Source: Jimgerdemannia flammicorona (Eukaryota). From it: DNA of 37,041 nt. The notes beneath the pieces are model-generated. The model did not search any database. It was given only the letters and a program-made list of their open reading frames with translations, and was not told the origin of the DNA. The translations under genes were made by a program, and so were the position numbers. Positions 21,148 to 31,100 of this stretch are shown in pieces. Position 1 is the first letter of the stretch. Every line of letters starts with the position of its first letter. The stretch is from contig RBNJ01000198.1 in the NCBI GenBank assembly GCA_003990765.1, positions 1 through 37,041 of the forward strand, given 5' to 3'.

Positions 21148-22563
21148 ATGTCCAACCAGCCTAGAAGCCTGAAGGACGATATCGCCGTCGTCTGGACCAA
21201 CTCCGCCTTCCACGACGTGACCATCATCTGCGCGGACGGTGTTAAGCTTGGCGCCTGCCGTGCTGTCCTCGCGGCGCGGTCTGATTTCTTTATGGCAATG
21301 TTTTTTGGAGGCATGCACGAGTCCGCCTCTAAGGAGATCGCTCTGCGTGACATCGATTCGGAGGCCATGAAAATTGTCCTTGAGTACATCCACACAGAGG
21401 ATATCGGTTCGGCTGCTCCCTTGAACGCGCTCGACGTACATCGTGCGGCGAGCTTCCCTCTACTTCCCAAACTCGTGGATATGGCACTGGAGCTGGCCAA
21501 AGAAGTTGAAGTCAAAGTAGCCGTGCCGCTGCTCAACAAAGCCATTGCGTTCGTACCCTACAGCGAAATCAGTAAAGAACTTTATGACGTACTTTTCAAA
21601 GCCTTTTGTAATCACCGCCTCGAGATAGGCGATCTCAATGATCTTACTGACGAAGCTCTGGAGCTAATACTCACACGACCCAGGGCGACAGTCTTCAATA
21701 CACCCGAGTATGACTTGTTGCTTTGCGTCGTCGAATGGGCATGGGATCGTAACGGGGACGCCCCATCTATAACCGAACGTCACACGGTCTTTGACATCCT
21801 AGGCAACTTATCGGACTTCGACATCCTAGGCGACTCATCTGACTTCGACATCAAAATTGTCATAGGGAATGACCCCTCGCGCGCGGCCTTGGTGAAAATG
21901 TTGCAGTATATTGATTTCACGCTCATATGCCCTCACCGCTTGAACTATCTCAACGAGGCCATTGACGTGCTCACCGATAATTCATCCCACTACAACTCGG
22001 CTCTTTATCATGCCTACAGGAACATCAGATGTTCTTCTGGCCACCCATCAAAGTTTCGCGGTTATTCTAAATGGTGTCCCCAATGGGACCGATCCAAATT
22101 GGCGTCTGGCGTCGTTGTTTCGGAGGGCGGTTTGGTCCCTATGTCGCGGACGGCGCGAGCCTCCAGTGTATGCCTCGCGGTTGCTAATGGGCTCTGCGAG
22201 TGGGATGTCGTCGTTGAATCGTCCGGCTTGCGCGGGATCGAAGTGGGATTGGTCGATGGATCGTTCAATACGTTTGGACGGGCCATGTCTAATGAATTGG
22301 CCGGAAAGGCGTGGATTTTCCGAGCCAAGATCGAGGGAAAGGGGGTTATTTTGCTACCGATGGAGCGGAGCGCTGGCCCCTATGGAACCGGCGTTGGCAA
22401 TGGCGACGTCATAACGTTCCATTTGGACATGAAAATGCACAATTGCTCACTGTCGATCAACGGAAGGAACTACGGTGTCATCTGGAATAATCTTCCAGAT
22501 GTTGTATATCCTGCTGTAACAATTTTTCCTGGAACCAGTTACCGATTTAGACCTCGACCTTAA
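21148..22563 (+). CDS. BTB/POZ-BACK-like-SPRY/B30.2 protein (471 aa)
   Basis: Intact ORF. Carries a 27-nt in-frame duplication (DILGNLSDF DILGDSSDF), has lost GFS near the N-terminus, and has a shortened first SPRY loop. Confidence 0.92.
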   Translation: MSNQPRSLKDDIAVVWTNSAFHDVTIICADGVKLGACRAVLAARSDFFMAMFFGGMHESASKEIALRDIDSEAMKIVLEYIHTEDIGSAAPLNALDVHRAASFPLLPKLVDMALELAKEVEVKVAVPLLNKAIAFVPYSEISKELYDVLFKAFCNHRLEIGDLNDLTDEALELILTRPRATVFNTPEYDLLLCVVEWAWDRNGDAPSITERHTVFDILGNLSDFDILGDSSDFDIKIVIGNDPSRAALVKMLQYIDFTLICPHRLNYLNEAIDVLTDNSSHYNSALYHAYRNIRCSSGHPSKFRGYSKWCPQWDRSKLASGVVVSEGGLVPMSRTARASSVCLAVANGLCEWDVVVESSGLRGIEVGLVDGSFNTFGRAMSNELAGKAWIFRAKIEGKGVILLPMERSAGPYGTGVGNGDVITFHLDMKMHNCSLSINGRNYGVIWNNLPDVVYPAVTIFPGTSYRFRPRP

Positions 22564-23409
22564 ATATTCTATGCCCAAATGCTTCTTTTCTACCTCATTG
22601 CTCCCAATTCTCCACTGATATTTGGTTAAGATATTGCCAAAACCTTGCTTATAGAAATTTGTAAAAATCACATGCTATATAAATTTTTACAATGGTATAT
22701 ACATTATTCTTCCGCGCAGCACGACGTATCTCGATCTCCATACTCGTGTGGCGTACAAAGGAATTCCATCGATTCAGATATTTTGCTGTTTAGAAATTTC
22801 GAGTCATATTCTCCGGCAACGAGCCGACGCAACGTTTGGCACATGTCCGAATTAGAATCATGTGAGCTAAACGATCACTACAACCTCAAAAATTTGTTCG
22901 AGATGCTGTATCTATGGGAGTAAGCCATACCATTTGCTTGGTTTATAGAGTATGGATTAATGTAATCCTATGGAGACGATTGCCGTCGGATCAAATGCAA
23001 ATGTAGATGGTATGTGTTTATCATGGGAACTCGGGTAGCAGCGAGGCGTCAGATGGTTGCCATGCATTTTTAAAGAAGCTCTATGAAAGTATCCTTGATT
23101 AAATATTTCACATAACGGCCACAAAGGCAAAGATACCGAATATATGGATGGCAATAAGGACAATTAACCCATTAATTAGAAATCCTTGTACGTTATTCAG
23201 AAACAAAAATAAACCAACAATCGCATGTAGGGCGTTCGGGCAAACATGAATTTCAAATAATCCAGGAGTCGCCACAAACTAATTAATCCGAGGTGCCGGA
23301 TAATTGCGATCGCGATGGGGGGGGGGGTTGGTGTCATGTGTAATATGTATTCTGTTGCTCTGTTCATTAATCTGGGTAGAGGACCCCACGATTTACTATT
23401 GACCTTTAG

Positions 23410-23920
23410 AATATTATGCGCAGATTTCGATGATCTTCGAAAAATGGACCAGAGTATAAACCTCACCAACCTCTGACAAATACAACACAAACCCCCTTTT
23501 CTGGTATCCATCGTCTCGAGATCTTCCTCGTGGGCTTCGATATTGATTATCTTTGTCATCCTCTGCTATTCCCGCGGCAATACCACCGACACAAATACAT
23601 TTGCCCTCAACGCCTCAGCAGCAGCGACCCCATTTTCCACATCCTCACTCGCAGACGGCAATCTAAACCATCTCAACCCTGCGCGTCCCTACCACGCCAT
23701 CATCACAAACTTTATCCATACCCCGCAGGCTGAAGCTCCATACACACTGCAACATTTTCATCAGTCGAACGTGTGCTTGATGGTCTCATATTATTTCAAA
23801 GCAGGGAATCCTCCTGAAGCACAAGAAAACCTGAACCATACTCTCCTAAGAGCCTTTACCCGTTCAATGGGAAACATCAGGTACTTTTGGGTACTGTTTT
23901 AAGGAGCCAACCACCATCAT
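23410..23920 (-). pseudogene. Decayed divergent ORF relic in the final, gene-less unit; boundaries approximate
   Basis: Minus strand starts MMVVGSLKQYPKVPDV at 23920 and runs, with internal stops, to EVGEVYTLVHFSKIIEI. Confidence 0.5.
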
Positions 23921-24206
23921 AGCCTTATAATCTGGGTCCAAATTCACATTGGAGCCTACGAACTAAACGAACCCCTGACTGCTTTCCTAATCCTACAGCC
24001 CACAATTATTCATGATTAAAAATTGTAGGTAGAAAATAATTATGAGTGACATGAACGGGCCCAGAAGTTGCGGCCCTCCATGATATGACGTTGTTTATCT
24101 AGTTTACCTTCATAGGCTTCTAGGACAAATGTATAGTGCCAGACATCTAGTCCCAACATAAACCTTAAATTTCCTCAATTTCGAAAAGAGTGATTTTTTA
24201 ATTTAA

Positions 24207-24320
24207 TTTTTTTTTTTTTTTTTTAAAATGGACTCAAAGTCCCACAGATTTTTATTGGAAGAGAATCTAGACTATATAGGCCAAAACCCTCCCCTACTAT
24301 TCACCAAGTACTGTCCCCCT
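24207..24320 (-). mobile_element. 3' end of a polyadenylated (non-LTR-like) retroelement, hypermutated old copy; probably extends further right
   Basis: Poly(T) at 24207-24224, then sequence matching 36954-37041. On the minus strand AATAAA lies ~25 nt before the poly(A). Confidence 0.7.
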
Positions 24321-25266
24321 ATAAATCTAGACTAACTATTATCCAGCAGCTCAACTATGCTAGGTATAGTAAGGCCTATATTAGTCTATATCTCATTCTG
24401 TGTACCATGCTCTTCTTACCACTAGGGGGAACTCAGTCATATACTAATAATAGAAAGCATATGCCCAAAAACCCCAATATACATATATATAAGGTCACAT
24501 CTGAGCTAAATAGAGATTAGCTCCTATCACCCCAAAAAGGATAATAGGTAAAAAAAAAACTCTCATCAAAGTACCTCATGGTGGGTAGAGCCTGGTTCTC
24601 TCAGATGAGGTAAGTAGAGGACTTATATATGAGGTGGAAAGAGACCTCCAATACCTCATTACTCAAGCCTGCAGACCTTGATCATATTGCCATATTAATT
24701 CCTGGTTCTAGTTGAGTATAGTCAAGATGTCTAAAATGGGTAGCCTTGGGTCTCCTGACCCCCCTCAATGATCAGGGCCCAATCTGCTAAATTGTCAAAA
24801 GAAGCTAAGAGTGTTACCTACTACCTAACTACTCAGTATAATCAAAAGACCCTACTGAAGCAGTATCTGCCCTAGTCCTAATGACTACTCTCAGTCTAGT
24901 ACTCTACTGATTTACTATAATCACTCTTCCTCCTATCTGTGATGGCCATCTCTCCTCCCATCTTGATAACACCTGAAAAGCAGTCACCTACACCAGAACT
25001 GCACTCACCAAGAAGCTTGTCAAAGCCAGAGAGCCCCACCACAGGTACTGAGAACCTGTAGATAACCTACACTAAATACTTGATGCTCAAGATCAGCCAA
25101 CTCCCTACATAGCTCATGATATATCAAGACAGTATCTTGTTGATGATAGCAAAAGGAAGAAAGTGTTGCACCAAAATGAATATACTCCAGATATAGCCAA
25201 AGGTACCAGAAACTATGAAAAAGTAGAGAAGACACCAATTTGATACCAATAAAGAGACAACTTATC

Positions 25267-25399
25267 ACCATTGCCTCCCTCCCACTACTCTACAACAGAT
25301 ACAGCAAACCAACCTAAGATAAAGGGGGTAATAATTGTGGAAAGTAGACTCAGAAGGTTATCTATCAAACTATTATAACTGGTAAGGTAGTGGAGAAAG
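25267..25399 (+). repeat. Left arm of a diverged ~133-bp inverted repeat pair (partner 27994-28125)
   Basis: accattgcc...tacagcaaaccaac...agggggtaataat...gactcagaag...gagaaag aligns to the reverse complement of 27994-28125. Confidence 0.85.
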
Positions 25400-25539
25400 A
25401 AGCAATAGTGATTTTTTAATAACCTTCCTTAGCTATCATTCATCACTATCACCAATATCCTCATTGTCAATATCCAATATCCAATTCTCTTTATTAATCT
25501 TTGCCTATATTATATTTTTGCTGAAATTCTCCATCAATA

Positions 25540-25880
25540 TCTTTGTCTTTACTGAGACTTCTTTTACTATCTTTTCTTTATCTTTATCTTATTTGTTGTC
25601 TTTTCTTTACTATCTTTAACTCATTCTTTACTAAGATCTCCTTTGCTGTCTTTTCTTTACCATTTGCCATCTTTGATCTATTTGTCATCTTCTCTTTGCT
25701 GTCTTTAACTTATTTACTATCTTTAACTTATTTGTCACTTTTATTCACTATCTTTATCTTATTTACCATCTTTTCTTTGCTATCTTTAACTTATTTATCA
25801 CCTTTACTAAGATCTCCTTTGCTATCTTTCCTTTATTGTTTACTATCTTTGACCTATTTGCCATCTTCTCTTTGCTATAG
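25540..25880. repeat. Degenerate pyrimidine-rich tandem repeat (~18-bp subunits such as ctatctttaacttattta)
   Basis: Recurrent 'tctttaacttattt', 'tctttgacctatttg' and 'ctaagatctcctttgct'. Confidence 0.75.
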
Positions 25881-26215
25881 TAAGAGATAAAATCTTTTCA
25901 ATATTTTTTTATTTTTTTTTTTAAAAAAAAAAGATATTGTAGCCCATAATTATACTTCAATAATAAAGTAATATCTGGGCTTAATATAATATAAATTTTA
26001 TTTATTTCAGATAATTTTTTTACAAAATTTATAGTATATAAATTAATATTGATTATTAGAAAGGTTTTGTTCTTAACTATTATCTGAATATATTTTACAT
26101 TATCATACCTCTCAAAAAATTGCATAATATATAAAATAATATCTCTATATTCTTTCCAACTCCCTCTATACTCCTATAGTATTTCTTTTTTTAAATTTAT
26201 CTCATTTTTAACATA

Positions 26216-27183
26216 ATGAAGAAGATTTTGAATGATACTCATAACTACATCATTCACTTGCTCAACTCTGGTATATCTAGGTATAAAGTTATAAAACAAA
26301 CAGGTATCAGCATAGTGACTGTAAGTTATATAAAACAAGAATTCTGCTCTGACATTTTGTCTTCCAAAGAAGGTCAATTGTATACTCTTACAGCTTATAA
26401 TAAGTCATAGATAGTTCAACAAGTAATAACTAATAAAGCAGATACATATAACTATGGATATTATAAAAGCAATACTAAGTAATAGCAAACTAGGTATAAG
26501 TACCAAAACTATCTACTAAATATTGAAAAAGACTGAGATAAAAGCAATTGTCAAGTAAAAAAAGTCAAGATTGCTATCTCAACATATCAAGACCTAATAT
26601 GACTTTGCAATTAAGTATAAGAATTGAATGGTAGATGATTGGAAATGTGTAATCTTTTTTAATGAGATAAAAAAAATCAATCATATTAGATTAGATAAGA
26701 GGTAATAGATATGGAAAACCAAAGGTACACTACTCAAGAAATAGTACATGACTCTAATGATAAAGTTCAGTAGTAGATCAGTTATAATTTGAAGATATAT
26801 GATATATCAGAGGGTGAGATATATGTATAAGATTAATAGATAAATAGATGTAGATCTCTACTGAAGTATTCTTAATATAAATAATGAGATAATATTTCAG
26901 CAGAATAATAATTTGAAACATATATCAAAAAAGCATGCAAATGGTTTTCTAATTATATAATTTCTTTATTAGACTGGCTGATATAATCCCTAGATCTAAA
27001 TCCAATTGAATATTTATAATAACATTTTAAATGAATACTTAATATATACAAGAAATCTCTGATAGATATAAATGAACTTTAGGAGTGGGTAGAAATAAAA
27101 TAGAAGGCAATTCTAGACAATATTTATGCTGGATTAATTGAAAGTATGTCAAGATGTATTATAGCTATATTTAAAGCTATAAG
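26216..27183 (+). mobile_element. Tc1/mariner (IS630-Tc1, DDE) transposase pseudogene, heavily C>T/G>A mutated
   Basis: Relic motifs VDDWKCVIFFNEIK (W..V.FSDE.K), IFQQNNNLKH (FQQDNDPKH), DWLI*SLDLNPIEYL* (WP.QSPDLNPIE..W) and LIESMSRCIIAIFKA, plus an N-terminal HTH-like region and many stops. Confidence 0.92.
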
Positions 27184-27189
27184 CATACA

Positions 27190-27560
27190 ACCTCCAAGCC
27201 ACCAAAATCATATGTCATCCTCAGAACCAATTTGGAAACCACATGTGAGACTACAAAACAAGTTACTGAAGAGATCATCTAGTTATACAAAATATACCAG
27301 TAAGTATAAGAACCTACTATCAAGACACAAGAATACCAGAAGAAGTACTATAACTATAAGACTGACTCTGAACCTCTATAATTAGTTTAATATACTGTAC
27401 TATTATAAAAGGAAACTAAAAGTACCAAAATCAAACCAAGACAAGAAGAACCCTATCTCATCCATCAAAGGTTCATGAACTGTACTTATCAACTTAAGAC
27501 CAAAATATACTACAACTATACAAGATCTCATTACTTAGCAGAAGTAAAATGCATTTGAAC
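27190..27560 (+). mobile_element. Ty3/Gypsy-like integrase C-terminal relic
   Basis: QEYQKKYYN followed, in a shifted frame, by EEPYLIHQRFMNCTYQL, resembling the Q..QK.YY / GPY.I....NGTY.L (GPY/F) module after G>A changes. Confidence 0.55.
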
Positions 27561-27993
27561 AACTCTATTCACTCTATCTGTGTTACCTCTATTGAAGAGT
27601 GATGGATGCTTCATCTGAACTCAAGAAAGCCAATATTATCAAAACCAATCTCAAGCTATTTATATAATAGATATTACTACTAGAAATTGCCTCAGATTAC
27701 AGAAAATATTATTTTTGAGAGGTTTGAGTCCCCAGCTATGATATTGGGAGCCCTCACCCTAGACAAAAATGGCCAGTCCTTACAAATATGCCAGAAGTCC
27801 AAAAAAAAAGAGAACCAAGACCTGTTATTCTTATACAACTACCACTACCAAGGATAGTCTTAATCTTGCAAGAGATGGAAGTGATGACACCTTTGAAACT
27901 GATGATGTCAGAAGTCAGAAAATTGCTCAGACTTTGCCAGAGATAATATTATCAATAGTAATATCATCAAAGACTAACCAGACAGTGAGACCC

Positions 27994-28125
27994 CTTTCTC
28001 TGCTACTTTACTGGTTACAAGGTTTGGTAGGTAATCTTCTGAGTCCCCTTTCCCCTATTATTACCCCCTCTACCTTAAGTTGGTTTGCTGTACCTGCATG
28101 GGCATAGTGGAAAGAGGGCAATGGT
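27994..28125 (-). repeat. Right arm of the inverted repeat pair, abutting poly(T) 28125-28150
   Basis: Reverse complement aligns to 25267-25399, mostly with transition differences. Confidence 0.85.
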
Positions 28126-28187
28126 TTTTTTTTTTTTTTTTTTTTTTTTTAATAGTTATAGTTCGACATTTATTAGTTCGATATTAC

Positions 28188-31100
28188 TCACCTAATGCTA
28201 TATTTTTGTGGATTGTATTCAAAGGTGGGAGGCTTATGCGCTCCGTACCCATACCACTGCGGTGAAGGACAGTAGGATTCATCGTCGATCGCATCCGTTC
28301 CAAGTTTTTGAAAGTCTGTTCGATCCAATTGCATCTCATAAAAAGAAACACACATTTTTGCTGGCCTTAGAGTCTCCAATCGGTATTCAAAGTCAATCAG
28401 CGTCTCTGATCTCCAACGATAGGAAGCTGAAGTGCATTTATAGTAATCAATCTTTGCTGCTCCTAAAAAACATCATTTTAAACCGAATCCTACAGAAACT
28501 AAAACCCGCAGTTCAGCTTACATGTCTGTTCCTTGATGATAATAATGTCCAATGAGAGTCTTTATAGAGAAGATATGCATTAGGTTTATACAAAGGTTTA
28601 TTAGCAACAGTTAACGGAAATCACTACTGAGGAATCAGAAAATACAATCACGCTTACCCTGAATTAAACCGATCTATCAGAAGTTTACGAATGCGCTGTA
28701 TACTTTTCTTGTCCAATTCTGCATTCTTCATGCTAGCAGCGTATTTCAACTGGTCCAAAACCGCGTTACTCCTCACGTTCATCCTTGCGTTCGTGATCCG
28801 CTTAATACTATTTATCAATTTTTTCTTTACCCAGTCGTCAAAGGCAATGATAAAATCTTCCCGTAGTTTTTCTTTGATGTTGGTGATGTCGGCGTTGGAG
28901 GTTGCAACGTCGGTGACGCCAGCGTTGGAGGTTGTAACGTCGGTGCCGGCGTTGGAGGTTATAACGTCGGTGACGCCAGTGTTAGAGGCTGCGACGTTGG
29001 TAATGCCGGCGTCGATGTCGGCGAATAGCAGAATTTCGGCAAATTCGGCGTCTGTCGTGTTCGTTAAATTATTATTGGTTTGACTACGTAAAGCCTTCAC
29101 CTCGTCGCTGGTGAATGCTTGTCTAATGCGCCCGAATAAGCCAATATTTGTTGTAGAAAGATGTTTTTTTGCTAGGCTGGAAAGCTTCGTCTCTTTATCA
29201 CAAAATAGTTCATACACGAGTTGAATGTATTCTTCTCCTTTGTAGGGTACGGTGCCGTTCAATGAAGAAAGGTTGTTGATAGTCGATGTTTCGCTCGAAT
29301 TGCTCTCGCTTCGCAAAATCGTGTCTGCAAGAACCCTAGAGAATAAAAATCGCTTTTTCTTCTTTTTCCAAACTTCGGAATCAACGGATCTGACAAGCTT
29401 CCGAATTTCCCCGTCAATATTCCAAAATGCCGAAGGTAAACTATATTCATCTGGAAAAATAGGCACAGTGAATATGTCAGTTTTGTTGAAATGATGAAAC
29501 AATATACAAGTATGACATTTTCATGAACTGAAGTATTTACCGGATGGCCCTGTAGCATGCGTAGTCTTTACCAAGTTTGGATAAGTTTCTTCCAAATAAC
29601 GTGTAAGACAGCATTCTACCCATTTATCTACGTCTTCTTTTTCCTTGATGATGTTACCTATCGCTTTTTGTTCTTCAGATACGTAATTCTGTTGAATCAT
29701 TTGCCTTTCGACCTCTAAATTTGGAAAGCATTGTTGTGAAATATCGTCTGGTAATCCCGCGTTGTCAACAAAAGTACGTAGATCCTTCAGAAGAATGGAT
29801 TCTGGAAGATTCAGCTGGCAAGTTGGTAGAAAATCCCGCAGTTTTTTCTGAAGTGCAGTTGAAGAGAGTGTCTCGCGCACCGTCGGGTAAATAGTGCTGG
29901 CCGGTATATAGTATTTTGTTGCAAGGGTTTGGTGGTGTATGCTCTCAATAATCTCAGGACTCAGGTCGACGTCAGGTGATCGATGACTTTCTTGGGAATT
30001 GGGGAGTTTGGGGATCCGAATCTGTGAACAACAATTACGATGAATAAGATTAATAAATAATGTTGACTACACGGATGCAGGTCATTACGTCAATTGCATC
30101 AAGTTGGATCCTTGCCTGGAAGCCTTCGCGATATGTGAAATCTTCCTTTTGCTCTTGGGTGCTTTGCACTTCAAATTCAAAACAAGTGTCATTGTCCCCG
30201 CTTTCATCCAGAACAGTGCAATCATCGTTATCTTCATCCATCCATATGAAGGAAGCGACGTCGTCTTCTGTCATTAGACACACCTGTCGATCGGTGAGCT
30301 TGCACAAGTACCTGCAGTGAATAATTCCAAGAATATAGATATAATATTTGTTTAGTTTCTTCTCAAATTAAAATTGGCATATGCAGCGACTAATGAGAGA
30401 AACCTGTGTAAATTTATCATGTTTTTTTTCTTATCGGCGGAAGCGTTTTCAGCAAATGAACCACGCTCTGGCCAATGTATCACTAGGCCACAATAGGAGG
30501 GCTTGTGATGATAAAGGTAGATTCCGGGGCTCAATGACGGCAAAACATTCATTGAGTTGTCGTATGTCGACTCGCTTTCACTACGCAGATGCTGCAGCCT
30601 ATTATTAATAATCAACACAATCATATTTCAGTATCCTATTACAGCATGTGGCGCGTAGAAAAGATCGAGTGACATACATTTCTGCAGTTATGGCGTTGAT
30701 GCTAAACAGGAGCTGGGCAATCATGACAGGGTTGCCATATACGCCAATATAATGCAAAGATCGTTGGCACAGATCGTCGTAATCGACTTTACTGACAGAG
30801 TGAAAGCTTCCAGGAGTGATATCGTCGCAAAATTTCTCCATTTGATCTGGGGACAGAATTATCTTGTCGACTGTAGAATGGAAAACGCCGATGAAAATGA
30901 AAATTGATTCATAAATGGGAGAAATGAAGAGGCAGGATAAGCTGATTGAATAGGTAAATTTCATGTATCTTACCGAGTCCGCTAACTCCGTTGTCTTTGT
31001 ACAGACTGAGCATGCGATATAGACCTGGCACCGTGTTGACAATGTCGTCGTTTGGGGTTTTAGAAGCAATCTCAGATAGTGAGATATCGGAATCATCGGC

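Larger units (their letters stand above)
1825..24130 (+). repeat. Tandem segmental duplication array, eight units or partial units mostly ~3.3-3.8 kb (upstream region + BTB-SPRY gene + downstream region)
   Basis: Non-coding motifs recur in the same order in the units, e.g. 'ttacgaattaa', 'gagacgattgacg', 'gctgagaggcgtcagatggttgcc', 'ggcaatctaaacc', 'acaaccATGTCCAA'. Confidence 0.93.

Noticed and set aside
2477..22414. Antisense and alternate-frame ORFs overlapping the BTB-SPRY genes (e.g. 2574-3020, 17769-18347, 21962-22414)
   Set aside because: Shadows of GC-rich coding sequence; starts and stops are not conserved among paralogs.
25543..25890. 115-aa hydrophobic ORF
   Set aside because: Translation of a T-rich degenerate repeat inside mutated TE debris.
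24131..27400. Tc1 terminal inverted repeats (tatagtgcc at ~24132, tactgta at ~27393)
   Set aside because: Match too short, and the two ends do not pair convincingly.
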